In this document: piece after piece, positions 15,355 to 23,048 of the stretch
Position numbering within the stretch: position 1 is the first letter of the stretch
Layout of the letters: every line of letters starts with the position of its first letter
Translations under genes and position numbers: made by a program
The notes under the pieces: model-generated
What the model was told of the DNA's origin: nothing
Databases searched by the model: none
What the model saw: the letters and a program-made list of their open reading frames with translations, nothing else
IMG/VR virus record: IMGVR_UViG_3300017565_000026
Coordinates: 1 to 43,113 of that record
Source of the DNA: a virus
Taxonomy: Duplodnaviria; Caudoviricetes
Strand: one strand, 5' to 3'
DNA: 43,113 nt

Positions 15355-15672
15355 TTTTATTATCCGCTACTAGGACGCAATCTAAAGCACTTTATAGACA
15401 ATTGCGTCGAAACAGCAATCAGACCAGACATGCAATGTGAGGTTCTCGTACCGCTACTACACGCGTTTGCAATACGATCTAAGATTAGAGTCCCGGAGGT
15501 TCTACGGATTTCGGGTCTTTTCAATGGCTTGCAAAAAAGGGGACAGAAAACGGTCCCTTATTTTCATTATGCCTTTTATGCGGCCTGCCCCAGTCAAATC
15601 CTGTCAGCAGCGCCAGCTTATGCACCGTGTTTCCACAGCCGGAAAATGCGGATTGACTAATCTTCAAAATGA

Positions 15673-15687
15673 GAACATTTTAGGAAC
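15673..15687 (+). promoter_or_regulatory. Alphaproteobacterial LexA (SOS) box
   Basis: GAAC-ATTTTAG-GAAC, ~80 bp upstream of the polymerase gene. Confidence 0.82.
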
Positions 15688-15768
15688 TTACTCCCACTGA
15701 GAGGAATATGTTCCTGAGCGCCCCTGCACTCGGGCGCGGTTCCGCGCATTCTGATTTTGGAGCGTGTC

Positions 15769-17043
15769 TTGCGCCTTCCTGAGACTATCGAGCGTCTGTA
15801 CCTCGACTTTGACGGCTTCTTCGCGAGCGTCGAACAGCAATGCGATCGCCGCCTACGCGGTCGGCCAATCGGCGTTGTTCCCTTCGAAGGGACAGACCGC
15901 ACAGCAGTCATCGCCTGCTCAAAAGAGGCGAAGGATTTCGGCGTAAAAAACGTTATGCCTATCAAGGAAGCAAAACGGCTCTGCCCAGACCTTATCCTGG
16001 TCCCCCAGAAACCCGACCTTTACAGGCGCGCTCATAACGCGCTGCTCTGCGAGATCGAGACCGTCATCGCCATCGACACGGCCAAGAGCATCGATGAACT
16101 GACGTGCGTGCTGGACGACAGCGGCAAGCGAGATCCTGAGCTACTGGCAGCTAGAATCAGAGCCGCGATTTCGGAGAACATCGGCCCCTACATCACCTGC
16201 TCGATCGGTTTCGCGGCCAACCGGCAGCTGGCGAAAATAGCCTGCAAAGCAGGGAAGGAAGAGACAAAGCGTCGAGGCGCTTACGGAAACGGATTGGCAA
16301 TTTGGTGGCCCGCTATCATGCCGGACCCGCTGTTGCGCGTCGAACTGGAGGACATACCCGGCGTTGGATCTAATATGGCGAAGCGGCTTTATCGCAATGG
16401 CGTGTTCACAACCACCCAGCTTTACGCTCTGCAGCCGAAACACATGCGCAAGATCTGGAACAGCGTCAACGGTGAACGACTTTGGTATGCCTTGCACGGC
16501 TACGATATCCAGGCGCCAGCGCAGCAGCGTGGCATGTTCGGCCATGGTCGCGTTCTGCCACCAGAAGCCCGGTCGATCAGCGGTGCCTATGAAATCTCCC
16601 GCCTTCTGCTGACCAAAGCCGCCCGTCGCCTTCGCCGGGAAAACTTCTATGCAGCTGGCCTCTGGCTTTGGCTATCGGTGCGCGACGGTTCATGGTTCGG
16701 CAAACACTATCTGCCGGTCGTGAACGATGACCAAGCTATTCTGTCGGCTCTGCGCTTGCTCTGGAAGCGCGTGCGCGACGATCATCCGCGAGGTGTAACC
16801 ATCTTCCGCGTCGGCGTGACGCTCTATGATTTGTCACCAGCTGGCGAACGGCAGATGGACATGCTGAATAATGACGATGCAGTGCGCCAAAAATGGGAAA
16901 AGGCAAACAACGCCGTCGATACGCTAAATACCAAGTATTCCGGCACCATCGTCAGTATGGGCGAGTGGAAGCCGCCAACTGGCGGGCACGTCGGCGGTAA
17001 GATCAGTTACACTCGCATCCCGTCGGCTGAGGATTTCTGGTGA
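15769..17043 (+). CDS. Y-family translesion DNA polymerase (DinB/UmuC superfamily)
   Basis: YLDFDGFFASVEQ, SIDE, SIGFAANRQLAKIA, DIPGVG; clamp-binding-like QMDML. TTG start has a GGAG RBS. Confidence 0.92.
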   Translation: MRLPETIERLYLDFDGFFASVEQQCDRRLRGRPIGVVPFEGTDRTAVIACSKEAKDFGVKNVMPIKEAKRLCPDLILVPQKPDLYRRAHNALLCEIETVIAIDTAKSIDELTCVLDDSGKRDPELLAARIRAAISENIGPYITCSIGFAANRQLAKIACKAGKEETKRRGAYGNGLAIWWPAIMPDPLLRVELEDIPGVGSNMAKRLYRNGVFTTTQLYALQPKHMRKIWNSVNGERLWYALHGYDIQAPAQQRGMFGHGRVLPPEARSISGAYEISRLLLTKAARRLRRENFYAAGLWLWLSVRDGSWFGKHYLPVVNDDQAILSALRLLWKRVRDDHPRGVTIFRVGVTLYDLSPAGERQMDMLNNDDAVRQKWEKANNAVDTLNTKYSGTIVSMGEWKPPTGGHVGGKISYTRIPSAEDFW

Positions 17044-17297
17044 TGGGCAATTGGAAATCGACAATCAAGGTCCGCGATCTGGACGATGAGCAGCGGCTTG
17101 AACTGACCTGCAAAAAATGCGGACGCGTGACCTACGCAACAAAGCAGCTGCTTTGCGAGGGAACCGATCGTTCACAAAAATATCTGGACGAGATCGAAGC
17201 GAAGGTCCGCTGCAAGGCGCGCGGCTGCCACGGGCACATGCGCATGGCAATGGTTCGCCTGCAGGAAATGAGCGGCTTTGTCGGAGGGCTGGCATAA
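17043..17297 (+). CDS. Small Zn-ribbon protein coupled to the polymerase
   Basis: TGATG overlap with the pol stop; LELTCKKCGR..RCKARGCHG. Confidence 0.75.
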   Translation: MGNWKSTIKVRDLDDEQRLELTCKKCGRVTYATKQLLCEGTDRSQKYLDEIEAKVRCKARGCHGHMRMAMVRLQEMSGFVGGLA

Positions 17298-17312
17298 ACA
17301 CCTAAAAGCAAA

Positions 17313-17340
17313 AGCCCGTCAGCTAACCGGCTGGCGGGCT
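17313..17340. terminator. Hairpin closing the polymerase operon
   Basis: AGCCCGTCAGC-TAACCG-GCTGGCGGGCT; A-tract upstream, no clear U-tract on +. Confidence 0.5.
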
Positions 17341-17443
17341 CAATATTCTGCGGCGCCGCGTTACGTAACACTAATTGATAAAATTTTGCTTTTTAGCGAT
17401 CGCTAATAAGGTAGAGTTACGCCTTTAGTATAAGGAGGCTGAC

Positions 17444-17725
17444 ATGCCGTTTTTCAACGAAGCGAGCCGAATATATACGCCTGTCGAAGTCGATTTCTTA
17501 CGCAGCTGTTTCACGAATGCAGCCGTCCTCCTCGAAGAAAGCGACCGCGATTATTCGGCCAGTGAACTCTCATCCTGCGTTATGAGGCTATACGAGCATG
17601 GATTGCGTGATTGCAATCATCTCTGCGAGCTCGCCGCCCGGCTTGCCCATCAGAAGTATGCAGTTCGAAATCACATGCCCGCATTGGAAGCCAACTCGAA
17701 CGATGCCGAGGGAACCTTTTCCTAA
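17444..17725 (+). CDS. Small hypothetical protein
   Basis: 93 aa with strong TAAGGAGG RBS and AT-rich upstream region. Confidence 0.75.
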   Translation: MPFFNEASRIYTPVEVDFLRSCFTNAAVLLEESDRDYSASELSSCVMRLYEHGLRDCNHLCELAARLAHQKYAVRNHMPALEANSNDAEGTFS

Positions 17726-17863
17726 GCGCGCGGTTTGGAGCCCCTGGTGTCAGTGACCGTTTTCCAAGCTCGGAAGCTGCGCCTACCCTGCACCGTCATG
17801 TGGGGTGCCCTTATGGGGGACGGGGACGGCGCGAGGTGCCCCCACTGACCACTACCTTGCGCA

Positions 17864-17903
17864 GCCCCGGCGACCTCAAAAGGCGCCGGGGTTTCGCGTT
17901 TTT
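17864..17903 (+). terminator. Rho-independent terminator
   Basis: GCCCCGGCG..CGCCGGGGT stem followed by TTCGCGTTTTT. Confidence 0.65.
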
Positions 17904-17917
17904 CGCAAGAACAAAAA

Positions 17918-17989
17918 TGATTCGCATACACCGGAACGAATCAAAGAGTGATTCGTTCGGACTCGGTTGAAAGTGATTCGGATGAATCG
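17918..17989 (+). promoter_or_regulatory. ku promoter region: EcfG/RpoE2-type promoter overlapping a GANTC cluster
   Basis: GGAAC(17933-37)-N16-CGTT(17954-57); GANTC at 17919, 17938, 17950, 17960, 17975 and 17984. Confidence 0.65.
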
Positions 17990-18015
17990 CTTTAGTTGTG
18001 CCAGGAGTATGCGAG

Positions 18016-18906
18016 ATGGTTGCACCAAGAGCGAATTGGAAGGGCTATATCAAGTTCGGAGAGGTTTCTTGTCCAGTAGCTTTGTACACCGCCGCGTCTA
18101 CTTCCGAGCGGATTTCATTTCACACAATCAACCGCAAAACCGGCAACCGGGTCAGAAGAGAATTCGTCGACAGTCAGACCGGCAAACCCGTTGAACGTGA
18201 AGATCAGGTCAAGGGATACGAAGTGGATGATCACCGATACGTGGTTCTTGAGCCCGATGAGGTAGCCGCCGCGATCCCCGAAAGCGACAAGACCTTGCAG
18301 ATCGAAGCCTTTATCCCATGCGACCAGGTTGATACTGCTTATTTCGACAAGCCCTACTATCTCGCTCCCGATAAGATGGGCACGGAGGCGTTCGTCCTGC
18401 TTCGTGATGGCATGAGGAAGGCCAAGGTGGCCGCCATAGCGCGCACCGTTTTATTCCGCCGCATGCGAACGGTGCTTATCCGTGCCCACGGAAAGGGGCT
18501 GACCGCTTCCACGCTCAATTTCGATTACGAGGTGCGTTCTGCTCAAAAGGCTTTCGATGATGTGCCGGATATCAAGATTGAAGGCGAAATGCTGGAGCTA
18601 GCGGAACACATCATCGGCACCAAGGCTGGCGAATTTGACGCCAGCAAATTTGACGACCGATATGAGGAGGCTGTGGCCGAGCTGGTCAAGGCAAAGATCG
18701 AAGGTAGAACCCTTCCTAAGAAAAAGGCGCCCGTCGCGTCCAAGCCGAGCGATTTGCTGCAGGCTCTCCGCGAAAGTGCCGGTCTTGGCGCCGCGAAGAC
18801 GAAGCGCACGGCAGCTAATGCGGATCGTGCCCCAGCTCGAAGAAAGGCAGCCAAAGCTGCCACAAATTCCAGAAAGTCTGCTTCCCCCACGAGACGGGCA
18901 AGTTAA
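18016..18906 (+). CDS. ku: Ku protein (NHEJ end-binding), copy 1, with basic tail
   Basis: PRANWKGYIKFGEVSCPVALY, VKGYE, YFDKPYYLAP, FDDRYEEAV, DLLQALRES. Confidence 0.95.
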   Translation: MVAPRANWKGYIKFGEVSCPVALYTAASTSERISFHTINRKTGNRVRREFVDSQTGKPVEREDQVKGYEVDDHRYVVLEPDEVAAAIPESDKTLQIEAFIPCDQVDTAYFDKPYYLAPDKMGTEAFVLLRDGMRKAKVAAIARTVLFRRMRTVLIRAHGKGLTASTLNFDYEVRSAQKAFDDVPDIKIEGEMLELAEHIIGTKAGEFDASKFDDRYEEAVAELVKAKIEGRTLPKKKAPVASKPSDLLQALRESAGLGAAKTKRTAANADRAPARRKAAKAATNSRKSASPTRRAS

Positions 18907-18918
18907 GGAAAATTTGAG

Positions 18919-19731
18919 ATGGCCGTTCGTCCATACTGGAAGGGATACCTGAAGCTCTCGCTTGTCACCTGCCCTGTCGAAATGATGCCCGCGACTTCGG
19001 AAAGTGAGAAGGTCCGCTTTCACACCTTAAACCGACAGACCCAAAACCGCGTTATCAGTCACTATGTCGACGCGGTGACCGGCAAGGAAGTCAGGGAGGG
19101 AGATGAGGCCAAAGGCTACGAGCGAGGAGAAGGTGAATATGTTCTCCTCGAAGAGGAAGAACTGGAGAATGTTGCGCTCGACAGTACCAAGACGATCGAC
19201 GTTGAAATGTTCTCGCCTCGTGAAAGCATCGGGTGGATTTGGCTCGACACCCCCTACTATCTGTCTCCTAGCGATCCCGTCGGCGAGGAAGCTTTCGCGG
19301 TTATTCGCGAGGCTATGAAAGCTGAGAACAAGGTTGGCATATCGAGGTTGGTGCTGTCTCGGCGTGAACGGGCCGTTATGCTTGAGCCGCGCGGCAAAGG
19401 GATAGTTCTCTGGACACTGCGCTACGGCGACGAAGTGCGTGACGAAGACCTCTATTTTGAAAGGATTGGCGAGGAGAAGGCCGATCCGGACGCACTGCCG
19501 CTGATAGAAAAGTTCATAAAAAAGCAAACCAGGGACTGGAAGCCCGACCTGGTCCACGACCCGGTTCAGGAGCGCCTGCTTGACATCATCGCAGCCAAAA
19601 AGAAGACACTAAAAAAGCCGACGAAAGCAAAGCCGAAAGCGTCCGACGCCGAACCGCAACGTGGTAACGTGATCAACATCATGGACGCTTTGCGGAATTC
19701 GTTGAAGAACGAGACTCGAAAGTCGAAGTGA
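18919..19731 (+). CDS. ku: Ku protein, copy 2
   Basis: RPYWKGYLKLSLVTCPV, KGYE, DTPYYLSP, TLRYGDEVR, NVINIMDALRNSL. Confidence 0.95.
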   Translation: MAVRPYWKGYLKLSLVTCPVEMMPATSESEKVRFHTLNRQTQNRVISHYVDAVTGKEVREGDEAKGYERGEGEYVLLEEEELENVALDSTKTIDVEMFSPRESIGWIWLDTPYYLSPSDPVGEEAFAVIREAMKAENKVGISRLVLSRRERAVMLEPRGKGIVLWTLRYGDEVRDEDLYFERIGEEKADPDALPLIEKFIKKQTRDWKPDLVHDPVQERLLDIIAAKKKTLKKPTKAKPKASDAEPQRGNVINIMDALRNSLKNETRKSK

Positions 19732-19811
19732 GCAATGGAAACGACGGCTTTACTTTTTTGACCGGCTGGATAAAAATTCGTTGTCCTGGCTAGGAGGGAC
19801 ACAGTTGCCTT

Positions 19812-19845
19812 GCCCCGCGCGGTTTTCGCTGCGGGGTTCTTTTTT
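19812..19845 (+). terminator. Terminator between the ku operon and the convergent late operon
   Basis: GCCCCGC..GCGGGGT followed by TCTTTTTT. Confidence 0.65.
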
Positions 19846-19847
19846 GA

Positions 19848-20021
19848 TCATGGCGTAGAGTGAGCGGACGCTACAAATGCTGCCCCCACCTCTCTAGCCC
19901 AAGCCTGCAGGATCAGGTTTGCCTGCATCGGCGATAGCTTCTTTTCTTGCCCGTTGATGGTGACGAATATGTCCGCCCCTCGCCGCTCTGGATAAAGATC
20001 TCGAATTGCTGTGACGGTCAT
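19848..20021 (-). CDS. Small hypothetical protein
   Basis: ATGA overlap with the upstream gene; last gene of the late operon. Confidence 0.45.
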   Translation of the reverse strand: MTVTAIRDLYPERRGADIFVTINGQEKKLSPMQANLILQAWAREVGAAFVASAHSTP

Positions 20022-20269
20022 CTGTGAAACCATGCCCACATTTTCACTGCGTTCTCATACAGTGAGACAATGCCGACAACGATTGCAAGAATGCCGAGCA
20101 CAAGCCAACGCATGAAGCGTCCAATGGTCCGCATAGAGCGGACCAGATCCAGCCCATCTTTCAGGAGGTCGATATCCTCCTCGCGCAGCTGAGATAAAAA
20201 CTCTCTGGTTTCCTCGGGAAGCTCGACTAGCCTATGTGCAATAGCCGCGTCTTGATCCATTGGTGTCAC
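20018..20269 (-). CDS. Small membrane protein in the lysis region
   Basis: C-terminal TM segment WLVLGILAIVVGIVSL. Confidence 0.65.
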   Translation of the reverse strand: MTPMDQDAAIAHRLVELPEETREFLSQLREEDIDLLKDGLDLVRSMRTIGRFMRWLVLGILAIVVGIVSLYENAVKMWAWFHR

Positions 20270-20565
20270 CTTAATTCCCCCTTCAGCCCATCATAAAAGC
20301 CCGCACACCGGTCTGTTCTGGCGTTCTGCCGATCGAGCGCCTCACGCTCGCGTTTCAAGATCGATAGCTTTTCCTGCCCCTCGACAAGCGGCGCATGCGC
20401 TTCCTTGCGTCGGCAATCTTCGGGATAGTCCGGCAAGTGTGTTCCGGCAGTCACCCGCCCCTCAGTTTCACCCGCTGCGATCAGCTTCCAGTCAGCGGCG
20501 CAGGAACTCAATATCGTCGTTATCAAGCAGGCAAGAGCGGCCCGCCTCAGCAAGCTTGCGTTCAT
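20266..20565 (-). CDS. Putative o-spanin (Rz1-like lipoprotein)
   Basis: Signal peptide with lipobox ILSSC; overlaps the 3' end of the i-spanin; Pro/Cys periplasmic part. Confidence 0.65.
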   Translation of the reverse strand: MNASLLRRAALACLITTILSSCAADWKLIAAGETEGRVTAGTHLPDYPEDCRRKEAHAPLVEGQEKLSILKREREALDRQNARTDRCAGFYDGLKGELR

Positions 20566-20878
20566 AGTCGGCGATCTCCTGTTCGGTTTTTTCAGTCCGA
20601 GCCGCTTCCGCAGCCCAGACATTGCGGATCTGCTCCTGGTATGCGGCGGTCACGAATTCGCTGACCTTAAACTGACGCTGCAGTTCGTCCCGCTCGGCAC
20701 GCGCTGCAGCAAGCTCGAACTGCGGCACAAGCCCTTTCTTGGCTTGCCCTTCGAACAGGAAGCCAACTGCCGGCAGATCTTTGAGAACCGGGACACCGTT
20801 GTAATAGGCCGAGCCGATGACGATCCCGGCCACCACGCCGAGACCGATCTTGAGATAATCGAGAAGGCCGAGCATCAC
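20492..20878 (-). CDS. Putative i-spanin (Rz-like)
   Basis: N-terminal TM, coiled coil and C-terminal Cys; follows the endolysin. Confidence 0.65.
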   Translation of the reverse strand: MMLGLLDYLKIGLGVVAGIVIGSAYYNGVPVLKDLPAVGFLFEGQAKKGLVPQFELAAARAERDELQRQFKVSEFVTAAYQEQIRNVWAAEAARTEKTEQEIADYERKLAEAGRSCLLDNDDIEFLRR

Positions 20879-21384
20879 TGTAGCCCCGCGAGGCAAAGCT
20901 CCAGTTCACCGATCCGCTGCGCATCGCCGTATTCACGGCGCTTCTTTAGGCCTTCGACAATCTTGCCGCCTGCCCGATTGAATAGCGTCATTGCGCTGCA
21001 AGCTGCCTGCCAGTTTTTTTCTCGCAAGCGCTTTGCTGCCGATGATGAACACGCCGCGCCCGTGCCGATGTTGTACGACAGGTCGAGCATCGAGGCCTGG
21101 ACGCTGATCGGCGCACGATCGAAAGTGGCGATGCACTTTTGGAGCGGCTTTCGGAAATCATGCTCCAGGCGTGTTTCCAGCATCTTGAGGCATTGCGCGC
21201 GGGTGTAAGTGTCGCCTGGCTTCACGCCCTTGGTTTCGCCAGCGCAGACCGTCCAGACGCCACCCAGCTTGTCGTAATAAGCCTTGTTTTCGACGCCTTC
21301 CCACGGAACGGTGAGGTAGGCTGCGGTCATAGCAACAAGGCCGAGTCCAGACGCCAGCGCGCCCTTTGCACGTTTACTTTTCAT
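20875..21384 (-). CDS. Endolysin, GH24 lysozyme with SAR-like N-terminus
   Basis: WEG..AYYDKLGGVWTVCAGET (E-8-D triad region), SYNIGTGA, GLKKRR; weakly hydrophobic Gly/Ala N-terminus. Confidence 0.92.
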   Translation of the reverse strand: MKSKRAKGALASGLGLVAMTAAYLTVPWEGVENKAYYDKLGGVWTVCAGETKGVKPGDTYTRAQCLKMLETRLEHDFRKPLQKCIATFDRAPISVQASMLDLSYNIGTGAACSSSAAKRLREKNWQAACSAMTLFNRAGGKIVEGLKKRREYGDAQRIGELELCLAGLQ

Positions 21385-21595
21385 CGGAGGAATCCTTTTG
21401 GGAAATGATGCGCGCCAGAAACGCCGCGATCGTCACGACGAATATCAAGAGGCGAAACCATCGGTCAGGAATGAGGGTTGTGTCGGCCAGATAGGGCAAC
21501 ACGGCTTCGAAGCCGGTCAGAATGCCAGCAACAATCAAAAGGCGGATGCTCCACGCATAGCGAAGCACCCACCTCCAGTCGGAGATGAGTTTCAT
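21374..21595 (-). CDS. Holin
   Basis: MKLISDWRWVLRYAWSIRL..; two TM segments; ARIISQ end; upstream of the lysozyme. Confidence 0.75.
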   Translation of the reverse strand: MKLISDWRWVLRYAWSIRLLIVAGILTGFEAVLPYLADTTLIPDRWFRLLIFVVTIAAFLARIISQKDSSDEK

Positions 21596-21629
21596 GGAGC
21601 AAACTTATGTTAGGGAGTTAACTCAGCGC

Positions 21630-22142
21630 TCAGGCGAACGCGGCGTCGATCTGCTCGACGGTGGTGATTGTCCCAGACGCAATCTCGGCGGCAATTGCGC
21701 GTTCGAGCGCAAACATGCCCTGCACATGATCGCCTACGGCACGGCCAATCGCGATCATCTCTTCAGCGGAAAGCTGGACCCAGCCAGAGGCGGCTTTGAA
21801 GCTCACGTTCTTTGCCGGGTTCTCCAGCGCGTAATTGTATGCGCCATTGATCCTATTCTGGCTTTCAACACTGGTATCGATAATAGCGCCGTCGATCTCA
21901 ATGCCTCCTGTTTCCTTCTCCCAGCGCTTGTTTGACGCGTATGCAACTAAATCGACAGAAGGCGCAAATTCCACGACCTTGCCGTTGATGAATTTCCTAG
22001 TTCCCGGATTACCCAGAAGCTCGGTCCATTGTTGTTCCGTGATGATGACGGCATGAGCTGGGAAATCTGTCGGCCATATATCAGAGGGGTAAAAGCCGGT
22101 TGGAACGCCTTCATCGGAAAATGTTGCTCGAATGGTGATCAT
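21630..22142 (-). CDS. Tail fibre assembly protein (DUF4376-like)
   Basis: GFY..ITEQQW..KRWEKETGGIEIDG..DTSVESQ..FKAASGW..HVQGMFALE. Confidence 0.75.
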   Translation of the reverse strand: MITIRATFSDEGVPTGFYPSDIWPTDFPAHAVIITEQQWTELLGNPGTRKFINGKVVEFAPSVDLVAYASNKRWEKETGGIEIDGAIIDTSVESQNRINGAYNYALENPAKNVSFKAASGWVQLSAEEMIAIGRAVGDHVQGMFALERAIAAEIASGTITTVEQIDAAFA

Positions 22143-22999
22143 GGCGCCCGCCCTATCGCTAGAAAATCAAACTGGATAATAACCGTTGTCGCTGCTCCGT
22201 TTATTGTTTTTCTCCACCCAAACACTGCCGGATTAATAATGTCCGGATTTCGGCTGACCATAACACCTGGATTGAATTGCGAATTGCCGTTTATGCCGAC
22301 AACCACATAATCCGCACTGTCGAATGATGTTGGAAAAACTGTCTGACCATAGTGCGCCCCATCAGGCAGATTTACCTGCCCCCACTGAATCAACGTTTTG
22401 TCGGGTAGTTTCACGTAATAACCAGTCCCAGGAGCGCCGCTTCGAACCCCGCCAATGTGCCCCCATACTGCCGCGCCGGTCTGATCAGCGAGGATTGAAC
22501 GCCCCAGAGCGGTAATATCAGCTAACGCCGCCTGATTTGCAGCGTTGAGATACGGAAATTTGTTTTCTGCTCCAGCGAGCGCGAGCATCGAAACTGCCCA
22601 AGCCTGAATGGCAGACTGCGATAATTTACCCTCGCCATCCGTCGATATAATCTGGTTTGCGATCAGATTCAGTGCATTCAGACCCTCTATATTACCGACA
22701 TTGATTTCACGGATAATCTGGGCCAGCCGTTCGTTCATGGCGATAGCCGATGTCGCTTGCGACCGCTGTCGGTCGATGGCGTAGGCCACGCCGTCTGCAT
22801 CCAAGCCGGTATACGGAATAGCCAGCGTGAGCGTGGTCTCGCTGTCCACCGTTGCAATCGGATAGGCCCCGCCACCGGCATAGAAAACGCCACCTTTGAT
22901 GAGCGCCGTTTCCCACCCCGTTCCGGTACCCGTAACGGTTGGTGAACCGTTAGTCACCTTGACGGTGCCAAGCGTGTAGAATTGATCCTGATAGGCCAT
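22139..22999 (-). CDS. Tail fibre protein
   Basis: N-terminal GTVKVTNGSPTVTGTGTGW; C-terminal YVKLPDKTLIQWG..FPTSF..FLAIG. Confidence 0.8.
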   Translation of the reverse strand: MAYQDQFYTLGTVKVTNGSPTVTGTGTGWETALIKGGVFYAGGGAYPIATVDSETTLTLAIPYTGLDADGVAYAIDRQRSQATSAIAMNERLAQIIREINVGNIEGLNALNLIANQIISTDGEGKLSQSAIQAWAVSMLALAGAENKFPYLNAANQAALADITALGRSILADQTGAAVWGHIGGVRSGAPGTGYYVKLPDKTLIQWGQVNLPDGAHYGQTVFPTSFDSADYVVVGINGNSQFNPGVMVSRNPDIINPAVFGWRKTINGAATTVIIQFDFLAIGRAP

Positions 23000-23048
23000 A
23001 TTCGCTCCTACCTAAGTACATAGAGGATGGTGAGATCGGGAAAGTGGT

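Noticed and set aside
13481-15670. Complete type I-A retron
   Set aside because: No reverse transcriptase ORF (no YADD-type motif) anywhere in the window and no convincing msr/msd fold.
15430-15700. Short + strand ORFs upstream of the polymerase as a UmuD-like subunit
   Set aside because: No S24 peptidase motifs or clear RBS, and they lie upstream of or across the SOS box.
17909-17923. LexA box upstream of ku (GAAC-N7-ATTC)
   Set aside because: The second half-site does not match; the region is better explained by GANTC and EcfG motifs.
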